Below, piece by piece: positions 13,000 through 24,787 of a stretch of DNA of 49,666 bases. The position numbers and the translations under genes were made by a program. The DNA comes from Catajapyx aquilonaris (taxonomy: Eukaryota). The stretch spans positions 62,001-111,666 of the forward strand of contig KZ538235.1 in NCBI GenBank assembly GCA_000934665.2, in the 5' to 3' direction. Each line of letters starts with the position of its first letter. Position 1 is the first letter of the stretch. The notes beneath the pieces are model-generated. The model had not been told where the DNA came from and did no database searches. It was given only the letters and a program-made list of their open reading frames with translations.

Positions 13000-13770
13000 T
13001 ACTTAATTGTTATAAAAATTAATACACGTATATCACATGGATAGATGAATAGATAACAGAACGTACAGTACATTTTGTAGCCTACTACAATTTGATATCA
13101 AACTATTGCAAATATCTAAAATGTAGCAAAAATTAATTTAAATATTGCACAATTATTTTAAATGTGACAAATAGTGCTTAGAATATTGCACATTACCAGT
13201 ACTTAGAATATTCTAAAAAAATCATATAATTTCATTTAAACCTGACAAAATATCATTTAGTATGACAAATATTAGTTAAACAATGCGAAATATCATTTAG
13301 CTGGCTATGAAAAATATTAGTACTTAAACATTAGGCCTACAAAATCATTTACAACATTAGGTACAAAACATTATTTAAAATTTAATAATTTGTGTAATAT
13401 TTTGTTTTGCTATTACCAAATATTTTTTGTAATATTTTGTATATATTCAATTATGCTTTTTAATTTTTTAAATAATGCTTTTACATATATATTTTAAATA
13501 TATTTTGTATGTTTATATTTTAAAATATATTTTGAATGTTTATATTTTAAAATATATTTTGAGTGTTTATATTTTAAAATATATTTTGAATGTTTATATA
13601 TTTTACACTATTTTGTAATCATTTGTGTAGGCCTGATGTATTTTGACAAAATATGGCATCTATAAAGTTGTTTTGTTATTGCAAAAATATTACACAAATT
13701 ATTGAAAATAGTGTAAAAGTTATTGAAAAACTAATTTGAAATGATTGGAAAATTGCTAATTATAATTTCA
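13000..13770. repeat. AT-rich degenerate array with 27-bp core (~13490-13600) and a strand-skew flip
   Basis: Unit tgtttatattttaaaatatattttgaa. A 20-bp inverted repeat at 13385-13404 / 13684-13703 brackets the T-rich segment. Confidence 0.75.
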
Positions 13771-14839
13771 GCTCAGTTTAGTACACCCGAGTACACCTAT
13801 ACCGCTATACGTATACGTCGTAACTAACATCGCCTGATTCACACGGCTTGGTTATAAAACCTCACTTAACCTCTCCATAAGTCACGTCCACCCTGGCCTG
13901 TAACTAGCCATTCCACTTAACCTCCAACATCAACTATTTCCAACACCATTTCCCCCTCCAACCCAAAAAGAGTTTTTTCTCTTCCGCACCTCCGGACAGT
14001 CAAAAATCCTTCCTAATCTGGCCCCGAAGGTGTCGCCAGTGTTCGTTCTCAATGGACTCCCTGCTTAAATTGCCACGCAAATTAAGTCCCCCTTCCTCCC
14101 ACCCTCTAATTCCAAGCCCCCACTGCTCTGATTGGAATTAATTAAGCGAAACTACCTTGTCGAAACTGGCGACAAAAATCCTCCAGGTTCACTCTGGGTA
14201 CAAAATCCGGTACCCCCACTGGAAAAGCCTAGCCCTCCAAGGGATTCTCAATTGACCCCCATGGTCCAAAAGGGTACAATGTTTCCACCGAAAGCTTTTT
14301 CCCCACAGAAAATCTCTAGAGGGCTCCACCTATTTTTCGCACAAAAAAATTCGCAAAAGATAGAGTCGTTGGTGCACACGTACTAAAAAAATTCGGCCAT
14401 TTTGTATCCAAGGATTAGTCAAAATTCATAGGGGGCTTTGCAGCGAGATGTGTAACTTTAAATCCTCCTCGTAATGTTGGGGGCATATCCTCATCTATAT
14501 GTTTATGCAAATGAGAGTCCAAAATCCTGGACCCTGGATTAAAAAGGTGGAGATTGGATGGGGCTTGGTGGGCTGCAAGATTTTGGGGGGTCCAGCCTAT
14601 TGGACCATTCAACCCTACCCTATATTATACTCTGCTGCACATGAACCACGAGTAATGAGACTTACGACGCTGCGGTTGTCCCCCTCGAAATGGCGCATTT
14701 CTCACCATTTGAGCCTAATCCCAATAGATGGCAGCACACACCGTTCGCCAATTTCAACTAATGTCAATAGATGGCGTCACCCGACACTTTCCGCTCTCCA
14801 GATGGCACCACAACGCAATCAAGTTTGATTGTCTCGTTT

Positions 14840-16060
14840 ATTTATGTTATTCATTTATTTTATCCGTCAGTTTTATTTGTTCGTTCGTTTCATTCGTCTT
14901 TAAGCTGCTAGTTTATTAGTTTGTTGTATTGGACAATTTATTAGTTTTATTACTGTATGTAACTGAATATATTAGCTGTTTTATTAGTTCGTGCAGATAT
15001 TAATTTACTAGTTTTTATGTAGCTGTGAATTTATTAGTTGTTTTATTATGTAGCTGTGAATTTATTAGTTGTTTTATTATGTAGCTGCGAATTTATTAGT
15101 TGTTTTATTATGTAGCTGTGAATTTATTAGTTGTTTTATTATGTAGCTGTGAATTTATTAGTTGTTTTATTACGTAGCTGTGAATTTATTAGTTGTTTTA
15201 TTATGTAGCTGTGAATTTATTAGTTGTTTTATTTTGTAGCTCGGAATGTTGTTTTCTTAGTTAATGTTGCTGTTAGTAGGCTGTTAGTAGGCGTTCGTCT
15301 TATTAGATAAATTAGTTTTATTCGGCAAGTTATTAGTTGGTTTCACTCTATTAGTTAATCAAATTAACTAATAGAAAATAATAAGCTAATAGATAAACTA
15401 GTGACTGTAACACCATTGGATGCGCGGATAAAAATAGCTTAAGACTCACGCAATTTCCATAGCTAAAAAATAAACGAGTAAATAAGATAAAAGTATGAAA
15501 TAAAAACTTATTTAACTTATTTACTAGTTTATTAGCTATAGATTTATTGCGTGAGTCATAAGCCACTTTTAGTAGTGCGTCCACTGGTGTTACTTTCATT
15601 AGTTTATCTATTAACTGTTCTATTAGTCCTGCTTTATTAGTTCGTATATTAGCTAATTTCATTAGTTCGTATATTAGCTAATTTCATTAGTTCGTATATT
15701 AGCTAATTTCATTAGTTCGTATATTAGCTAATTTCATTAGTTCGTATATTAGCTAATTTCATTAGTTCGTATAGTAGTTCATTTTATTAGCTTATTACCA
15801 GTTACTTTTATTAGCTTATTTATCAGTTACTTTTATTGGCTTATTTATCATTACTTTTATTGGCTTATTTATCAGTTACTTTTATTGGCTTATTTATCAG
15901 TTACTTTTATTGGCTTATTTATCAGTTACTTTTATTGGCTTATTTATCAGTTACTTTTATTGGCTTATTTATCAGTTACTTTTATTGGCTTATGTGTTAG
16001 TTGCTTCTAATTAGTTTCTGTATTTTCTTATCCCATGTGATAAGTGATATTATGCTGTTG
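14840..16060. repeat. TTATTAG array family B, copy 1, with 31-bp x7 (15019-15240), 25-bp x5 (15636-15770) and 25-bp x7 (~15810-15992) cores
   Basis: Units gtagctgtgaatttattagttgttttattat, attagttcgtatattagctaatttc and ttatttatcagttacttttattggc. Confidence 0.9.
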
Positions 16061-17499
16061 TTTTTAGACATTGTTTGGAGCGAAAGTCATCTAAAATCGT
16101 CCCAAAATTCGGCATGTCCTGCTGCCTCCTACTGTCTTCCTGGCTACCAGTCGTCCCCTATACTGTCGCGTGTGGGGTGTCCCTCGACACTCCCAACGAA
16201 CTCTGCGGCGTCTCTTCGCCAACCCCCAAAAAGCCTCTGGTTCCACCTCCTCCCCCCGGTGGAACCATTAGTCCTCCTCTCTCTCTAGGCGCGATAGTCA
16301 ATTGCAATAATCACATTTCCAAAGTTTGTTTGCAAGGCTTTCCTTGCCGCCCCGTGATTAACATCGAGAACGACCCGTTGCGCCAATTTGTATGCAAATC
16401 TCTGGTGGTGCTGGGTAGGGGATGGCGGGGTGTGGGGGAGGAGGGCCTGGAGGATGTCTCCCTCCCCCTCCCCCTCACCTCTTGTATGCGACGTGAATGC
16501 CACGGACCATTGATGGAAATCAATTAACGCCTCTCCGCCGTACCTTTGTCAGGCCCTAGGGCGACTGACTAGCCAATAGAACACAGCTGGACTCCTTTCG
16601 CACCAGAAGCCCTAACATGTCCGGGATTTTGTTTTGATTGGATGGTCAAAAGGCGGAACTGTGCCAGGTGCCAAACGTCTCTGGCTTCCTCCAAGGAACA
16701 ACAAGTCAAATTGTTTGGGCACTTGCAGGGGTTGAGTCATGCCAGACATGCACTGGAGTGGAAACACCACCTTCAAACCCTTTGTCAAGCTAACTGCTAA
16801 TTTTCGCAGATTCTCGCCATGTTCTCAACGCTTATACTGAAATTATAAAATATTATATTTTCTTCGTTTCAGGTACCTCTAATGATGGAAAATTTGCATT
16901 TTTATTATTTTTCTTCTTACATATTAAATATTTGGTAATGAAAGGGTTACGTTGAACTAACTGGTCAATCGTCCTCTCAGCAACTTGATCAATGTGACCA
17001 GCACGTAAGAAGCAAGGCGACCTATCGCGTCCGACCAAACGGCCTGAGACTTAACAACAACAAGAGGACAGAAACGTGGCAAAAAAAAAGAAGAGGAATC
17101 CTCTTAGCGGTGTCCTGGAGGAGTCAATCAGAGTCCGGTAGTCTCCGGTTGCAGCAGCTGATGCTATACCCCTGGTCTGGTTTACGGCCGGCAAAAGGGG
17201 GGAGGCCATTTACAGCCGTTTGTCTCTGGCCTGATTGATCCGACTCTTCCACAGCTTCACTCTGCCAGGCCTGGTTTAGCGCAGATTACTCATAGTGACG
17301 ACCATTGATTTGGCACTGATTGTTGCAACATTGTTGAGAAAGTCATTTCTTTTCACGGATATAATACTCGCTGTGCCATAAACAATTCCAACAATTAGAT
17401 AATATTTTAAAACATTGCCTGAAAAATTTGTGGAAAAATTATGTGTCAAAAATGCGCTAAATTATTATTTCGTTACTTTTTAAGCTTCCAGTTTTTCAG

Positions 17500-18010
17500 T
17501 TTGTTCTGTTTGGTTTTATTTGTTTGTTGTGCTGTTTTTGGTAATTTATTCGTTTTTTTCGTATGTGTAACTTTGAATATATTAGTTTTATTAGTTTATG
17601 TAGCTTTGAATGCTTCAGTTGTTTTATTGTTTCTTTGAATAAATTGTTTTCTTAGTTCATGTATTGCTGTTAGTAGGCTATATTAGTTTGTTTTAATCAA
17701 TTTATTTATTTATAATATTTTTATTAGTTACTTTCATTAGTTACATTCATCTCATTTTCTAGTTTGTTTATTAACTATACTTTCATTGCGGGGGTCATAA
17801 GCTACTTTTATTAGTGCAGCCACTGATGTTTCACCTCAAGAGTTTGTCAACTGCTTTATTAGTTTGTATATTGGCTAATTTATTCGCTTGTCTATTAGCT
17901 TATTTTATTAGTATATTCATCGGTCACGCTTATTAGTTTATTTTATTAGTATATATTCATCGGTCACGCTTATTAGCTTATTTATTAGTTACTTTTATTA
18001 GTGTCCTTAT
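17500..18010. repeat. TTATTAG array family B, copy 2 (unexpanded relative of 14840-16060)
   Basis: Shares colinear landmarks with copy 1: tgttttcttagtt, gctgttagtaggct, and attgcg.g.gtcataagc.actttta.tagtgc (15546 vs 17786). Confidence 0.75.
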
Positions 18011-18449
18011 TTTCTTATTCCGAATGACCGGGTGGTCCAAAATATAGCACAAGTGAAATATGACGAGCCTCTTCCCCCCCCCCCCTTTGACACTGTACAG
18101 GCAGCCTAAAAATATGACAGTTGTGTTGAGGCAAAACTGGTGACGGAAGTGACGTCTACAAGGCTGCAAATAACTATGTCGAAAAGGTACATGTACCAAT
18201 GTGTGCAAACCATTTTTACACGTGCAAACTTCACCAGGTAGACTATACTTCTACTGTAGTACAATCGTATGTAAAATCCCAGAAAATTTGTGAAAATCGA
18301 ACTGGTTTTAATATAACCGACACAGCCGCAACCTTGACAAAGCAATATTCATAAAAATCGCCGGGCTATTCATAGCAGCTCTCCACCACCATTCCGAGGG
18401 AATGATTCAATGGCCTGGGTATAAAACACTACCCTTGCTTTATAGACGC

Positions 18450-18451
<2 letters not shown>

Positions 18452-18484
<33 letters not shown>
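18452..18484. repeat. (GA)n microsatellite
   Basis: Direct reading. Confidence 0.95.
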
Positions 18485-18486
<2 letters not shown>

Positions 18487-19714
18487 ATAATATAACATGA
18501 GCCCAAAATGCCACCATTTGAGTTGGAAACACTCGTGCTGATTTCTCCAAAAAAATTATTGGCCAATTAGGACCGTATGCAATAACAAACGGATAAAAAT
18601 AACTGCAGTTGAAGCCCATCTTACTTAAGAGGCTGCATTTTAATGGCGACATGGATTGATCCAAAATCGCCTTTTATAGTACTGTGGCAGGCTTCAAAAA
18701 TAATTCAAAAATTGGATAAAAATCAACAAGTTATTATTGACATTGCAAAAAATCATACATATAATTTGCTTGAGTTTGTGGCTCTGTTTGTCCGGGGTAA
18801 GTCACCAGCTAGGTGCATCTAGTGTACCATCTATGTGAGGGATGTGGCACTACCCGGACAGTTTTGCCAAGATTGGGCCAATTATTCCATCAATCTCTCC
18901 GGAATAATTATCCCTAATGACCACTAATTCACCCTGTAAGCTGCTCCGCATCATCACGAAACACCCTGTATAATTTCACCCCCAGTGTTTGCTTTCACTT
19001 ACAAACCAAAACAAGGATTAGAGTTTGCCATGTATTTACTCCCTCTCTGGTACCCCCCCCCCCCCACCACGTACTCAAAATTAAATATTAATGAGCAGTT
19101 ATGTAATAGATTACAACAGTGGCCAGGACCAGGAAGCCGTGCATTATGTGCGGAAAAGCAGCAAGGCACTGCGGCATGAATGTGCAAGCTGGCCTGCGCC
19201 GCTCTATCATTTGCATATTTTAACATAGTCATTCGCCAATTGTAGCGCAACAGACGAGGCTAAAATCCAAGGGTTGGAAGAAGCAAAAAAAGAGACAATA
19301 CTTTGATATCACATTATTTCGTCCCACCCCTACCCAAAATTTTCAACTCAGAATAAAGTTAGCAACTTGGAGAAGGGGGGTCTGCCCCCAAGTAGAAATG
19401 ACCCAAACTCCGCGACACGTACAACTGACATATGACACCGGGACTGAAATGAGATTACGACCGGTTCGCTCGTAATATTTCTCGCTCGGCCTAATATCTC
19501 CGGGGAAATCCCGAGGACTGGAGGTGCATTTTCGGTGAGTAATCACTGCTGTAAACTTCCTGCAGGCACGCTTAATGTATATACCCGAGCGCCGCCGGTA
19601 CAGTACGCCTCGGAACTTTGCAAAAATGTATCGCTTTTGTAGCTGGGGAGACAACAAGACGTCTGCGGAGTTAACGGGTGGGACGCAAGGGACACAATTA
19701 GTGGACAGTTTGTG

Positions 19715-20795
19715 CATGCTCAGTCAGAGGCGAAAAGTTAGCTATGCTTACTACAGTGTCAGTTGGGGCATATTCAGAAAATGATGCTCACTTGGGGCCC
19801 AGTCATGCAGCCAATCACATCAACTGATGCTCAGTCAGGGCTCAGTCGTGTAGCCAATCATAGCAAATTATGCTCAGTACGGGTTCAGTCGTGTAGCCAA
19901 TCATGATTGGTTGGGGCCCATAGTGTAGCCAATCATAGCAAATTATGCTGAGTAATAAGGGCGCAGTCGTGTGGCCAATCATGCTTGGTTGGCGCCCATC
20001 GTGTAGCCAATCATATCGCAAATGATGCTCAGTAAGGGCTCAGTCGTGTGGCCACTCAAGCTTGATTGGGGCCCATCGTGTAGCCAATCACAGCATGTCA
20101 TGCTCGGTTTTTGGTCCAGTTGTGTAGGCAACCACGGCAAGTCATGCGCAGTCCGGGCTCAGCCTTGTGGCCAATCACAACATATTATGCTCAATCAGGG
20201 CTTAGTCGTATTACCAATGACAAGTCATGCTCGGTTTGGGCCAACCGTGCAGCCAATCATAGCAAAAGGTGCTCGGTAAGGGCTCATTAGTGTACCCAAC
20301 CACAGTTGGGACCAAGTCGTGTAGCAAATCATGCTCTGTCGGGGCTCAGTCGTGTGGCCAATCACAGCATGTCATGCTCGGTTTGAGCCCACCGTGCAAC
20401 CAATCATAGCGAATGATGCTCAATCGGGGCTCAGTCGTGTCACCAGTCATGCTCGGTTGGGGCCTACCTGCAGCCAATCACAACATATCAAGCTCTGTTG
20501 GGGCCAAGTCGTGTAGCAAATCACAGCATATCATGCTCGATTTTGGCCCAGTTTTGTAGCCAACCCAGCAAGGCATGCTTGTTTGGAACGAATCGTGCAG
20601 CAAATAAAATAAAATCATGCTCAGTCGGGGCTCAGAGGCCAATCATACTCGATCGGGGCACATCGTGAAACCAATAACAGCTAATGATGCTCGGTTGGGG
20701 GCCAGTCGTGTAACCAATCATGCTTGGTTGGGGCTGACCGTGTAGCCAATATGCTCAGTTGGAGTCCATCGTGTAGCCAATCACAGCGAGTCATT
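19715..20795 (+). repeat. CCAAT-box minisatellite block 1, ~26 units of ~43 or 32 bp
   Basis: Consensus atgctcagttggggcccagtcgtgtagccaatcacagcaaat. CCAAT starts at 19811, 19854, 19897, 19929, 19975, 20007, 20084 and onward. Confidence 0.95.
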
Positions 20796-21574
20796 TCCTC
20801 ATAGCCTGGAGCAAATCAATTTTCTCTCGCCCACCCTGTGCCTCCACCATTTCCTAAATTTGGGCACATCAGATATCCGGGCAAAGAATGCTCATCTCTT
20901 CCACCCTCGGATCTAGAGTGCATCTCCCCGTTTGAAGTGATGTCCTTCCCCTATTCTTTCCGGCAACGCGTCTCGTACGGCCAGGCTTAACATTCCCAAG
21001 GGTGGCGGTCCGTGCATATCTCATGTCCATGGCCCTGGCAATAAAATGGTGGGCAAAAAACCAGGAAAAGAAGTGGGAGCCACGGTTGGAGCAACAAACT
21101 TCCAGAAGGAAGGTTTTGCCCCCATAAGGGGTAGAGAGAGAGAGAGAGCGAGAGAGACCCCCTACACTTCTCCAGGCCTCAAATTGCCCGAATTCCAGTT
21201 CCATCAGGCAATGAAAAGAACGGATGGCACGCATTTTGCACTCGGATATGCAAGTCGATAGACCCCAAGTCGGCGCCCTTCCCCCTGCTAGACTCGACCC
21301 TTGGAGGAAAAAATTTTTAAAGGAGTTTCAAGTTATTCCGTGGGAGATGGTCCCCCCCCCTCCCAGCATTCCGCTATCTCCACCACTTGTTTCCCCAAAA
21401 AGGACTCACTTTCATTCCTTTTCCCCTGCGAGGCTCTCCTGAGATGGAGGGTTATTCTGGAGACAATTTTTGGGAAGGAAACATATCTAAAATTGGTCTG
21501 GTCTGACACCCTGAGGCTTGCTGGTATAGGAAAGCTGGAGCACCCTTGTTGACCGCTCTATTATGCATATTTGG

Positions 21575-22103
21575 GGGGGGGTCCAGTCTTTTAGCCAATC
21601 ATTCATTTGAAAACTAGGCACCGCTAGGCACAGATGGTCCCCTTTTAGAAAATCACAGCAAACTATGCTCATTTGGGGCCCAATCGTGTAGCCAATCAGA
21701 AGTAATCTTCAGTTGGAGGGCAGTCTTTCAACTAATCACAGCACAGCATGCTCAAGCGGGGCCCAATCTTTTAGCCAATCATGGAAAGCTATGCTCAGTT
21801 AGGGGTCACGCTTTGAGCTAATCACAGGAAACTATGCTCATTTGGGGCCTAATCGTGTAGCCAATCAGTGCAAGTCATCTTCAGGTGAAGGACAGTCTTT
21901 CAACTAATCACAGAATGGCATGCTCAGGCAGGGCCCAGTTTGTCAGCCAATCATTGAAAGCTATGCTCAGTTGGGGTCACGCTTTGAGCAAATCACAGCA
22001 AAGTATGCTCATAAGGGGGCCACACTTTCAGCCAATCAGAGAAAGTCATGCTCTGTTGGGGCCAAGTCTTTTAGCCAATCACATCATAATTATAATGCTC
22101 ATT
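21575..22103 (+). repeat. CCAAT-box minisatellite block 2, ~12 units with a ~170-bp four-unit higher-order repeat
   Basis: 21651-21819 matches 21820-21990 unit for unit, including the variant cagtctttcaactaatcacag. Confidence 0.9.
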
Positions 22104-22225
22104 TTATTTTTTATATTTTTATTTCATACCCCGTGCTAGAGCCTTTGGCTCCCTTAGGGGGGGTGGATTACCACCATTGGATGGGACCAGGGATAGGGAA
22201 GGAAGGAAGCGGTTGTGGCCTATTT
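22104..22225 (-). mobile_element. 5'-truncated SINE related to 473-817, with 14-bp TSD
   Basis: ttataatgctcatt occurs at 22090-22103 and 22226-22239. It shares ataccccg...agcct.t.ggctc...ttagggggg and gggataggga...aaggaagcgg.tgtggcctatt with the first SINE. The tail is A-rich on the minus strand. Confidence 0.85.
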
Positions 22226-23153
22226 TTATAATGCTCATTATTTTGTGACCATTCTTTCAGACAATGACAGGAGAGCGAACTTAGGCTGAGCAAACTGTCA
22301 CAAATTATTTGACACAACTATGTAGTTTTTTTAAAACTAAACTCATAAAATCAGCCGATATATGGATAAATTCGTTCCAATCATTTTCACAAACAAATTT
22401 TGGCTATAAATCACAGCACTTTTCCAACAGAATTGCACTAACTAGTTCAGACAGCTTCGTTTGAACCACCCTTTTGCTTCTGTCAACTGCAGATTAATAA
22501 TTTTTTAACGAAGTATATCACGCAGCACGCAGATCAAATTAATCCGTATGAGAGCTCCAAATGCCCTTTTCGCACGTATAATTTTTTTTGCACTCTTACC
22601 TTTCTGCAAAAAAAACTGACCTAAACAGTGTATGGACCAGACCTAATCTGGAGATCAAAAGCTGCAGTACTGACAGCACTCCGAACAAGTTACCGCTTTA
22701 TTTCATCCTCTACACACACACACATACAAACGGACATGTGCAAAAAAAATCGCAAAAAAATTATGATTCCTATTTGGAAAACATCATCACGTATACCCCT
22801 CCTGTTCCACCTGTATGTATTCATTCCGGACACGTGTGAATGAAGCTTTACAATCACATAACTGACGTACTGTAGTTCACGCCACAGCGCACTCCGCCTA
22901 CAAAAACCAACGACATAGTCAAATCCGGCCTCGTTTGTAAACACACGGCTTCAAAAAAAAAAGAGTGTAATTGACATCCGATTTTGCGACTAATTCCGTG
23001 GGTAGAATCAGGATAAATTTTCAATCAGGGGTTTGGTTGGGGAAAATAACACAGGATATATCTATAGTATGTGTTAGGTAAAATGTTGCTAAACAATGTA
23101 AATATTTTGTCTGACTGCACTGTATGTAATGCAGAATTGTTTATTATTTTATA

Positions 23154-23486
23154 TAGGGTGTTTCAACTTTTTTGTCCGAACAGTTATCGGAAAATTGTAT
23201 GTAGCTGCTACTTTGTAAGCAGTGACTTGCAACCGGTGATTTGTCGGATGAATGGGGTATGGGGAAGAAAGAGGGTCACACATCACATGGCATGTGTGAC
23301 CCCGTTTTTTCTAGGCTTGACCCTCGATTTTCAGCTTGCAGCACGTATATGCCACTTCAACCTACGATTCGTAGGGAATATTCACCGTTCCTCCGAAAAA
23401 TCCCCGTTTGCAAGTCACTGCGTATAAAGTAGCAGCTACGTGCAATTTTCCGATTACTGTTCGGACAAAAAAGTTGAGACACCCTG
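23154..23486. mobile_element. Tc1/mariner-type MITE with ~90-bp TIRs
   Basis: TA|TAGGGTGTTTCAACTTTTTTGTCCGAACAGT ... ACTGTTCGGACAAAAAAGTTGAGACACCCTG|TA. Pairing continues through gcagtgacttgcaaac. Confidence 0.92.
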
Positions 23487-23559
23487 TATATCATATATTT
23501 AGGCCTATTCCTTATTTTGTGTTTACGGAATAAATTAGTAATTGCTCTTTGGCTTTATT

Positions 23560-23568
<9 letters not shown>

Positions 23569-23613
<45 letters not shown>
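23569..23613. repeat. (TTA)n microsatellite
   Basis: Direct reading. Confidence 0.95.
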
Positions 23614-23614
<1 letters not shown>

Positions 23615-24488
23615 GAGCGTGATTTCCGCCATTTTTGGTCCAAATATTTCTCTCTTGGAAAACTCTACATAATTCACCAACTTTGCCCGCACCATTTCTT
23701 CTTTCATAATACCTGGACCAACACTCAATCATTCATGACCCGGAAGACACACCCGGAGAGTGGCTCCGGATGCAACCGGAGGAGGAATCGCAAAGAATTA
23801 CTTGCATGAATAAATTACCAACAACCGGTTATAAATTTTTCAGAGCTCAGGAAGTTTTTTTTTTTTAAATGAGCCAAAATGTGACGCTATACAAGCTTGG
23901 AAATAGTACAAATCAAACCCTTAAATTTTGGCATTTACAATTCTGCATTTAGTACCCCCAAAAAAATCAGCACGCATGATCTAATTACCCTACAAACCGC
24001 CAGCCGCATTAGCCCCAATTGCGCTGCGAGAGCAACACAAAAAAAAGCCCAGTGCAATAGTCCCACGCAGCAACTGCGCCTATTGCACTACTATTGAGCG
24101 TGGGTCCGGCAAGTGGCCATGCGCCAAAGCGACAAAATTTCCCCTCAGGACCNCCCCTCATCCAAAATGACATTGTATTTTTTGTCACCATGTGAAACCA
24201 TCCATATCCATCAGTTGAGTCCGAAGTCAGCTTGTGCCTGCGCCACCTTTGACCGTCACGTACCAACACCAGCAACCTTCTCTCTCATCAATTAATCCTA
24301 CGTCCAATCCCTGGGCACCACGCAGGCTCAGGACCATTAAATTTCCCCCCAGCACTTGTTGGGTTCCATCATCACGCGCCTGCAGGGTCAACTCGTTATC
24401 CAGAGGTCGAATCAGGCCGTGCTTATGGGTCGTTGATAGTGGCACAAGCACAAGGCGTTGTGTCTTCATTAGGCCGCCTTGTGGACAC

Positions 24489-24787
24489 ACTACGCACGTT
24501 TTAAGGGCACGATCCGCCCATTTTGTCTGTTTGCGCATGCGCATAATATCCTTCTGATCTACTCCGGACGTTCAATGGTCAATCTCCGTCCACTCGGTCT
24601 GATTGCGCATGGGCAAAACCTGCTACAGTCCTACTGCGCATGACTTGACGTTTAAGCTCAACCCCTTTTAGGGGACTTAAAGGGGCGGAGCTTAAACTTT
24701 AAGCCGTGCGCAGTAGGGCATGAGGAAATTCTGCGCATGCGCAATCAGACTAAAATGGCAAGGGTTGACCCTTTAACGTGCGTAGTA
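24489..24787. mobile_element. Palindromic MITE-like element with a duplicated left arm
   Basis: actacgcacgtt (24489) ... aacgtgcgtagt (24786). tgcgcatgcgca motifs are mirrored, a second left-arm start lies at ~24560, and the symmetry centre is near 24672. Confidence 0.75.

Noticed and set aside
16500..17330. Homeodomain/Hox-Exd-like sites (TGATTGAT, ATCAATTA) in unique islands
   Set aside because: These are short motifs expected by chance, and enrichment or conservation cannot be shown by eye.
24227..24557. Overlapping ~105-aa ORFs in GC-richer sequence as a downstream exon
   Set aside because: There is no recognisable domain, part overlaps a MITE, and I found no convincing splice pair compatible with the phase-1 donor.
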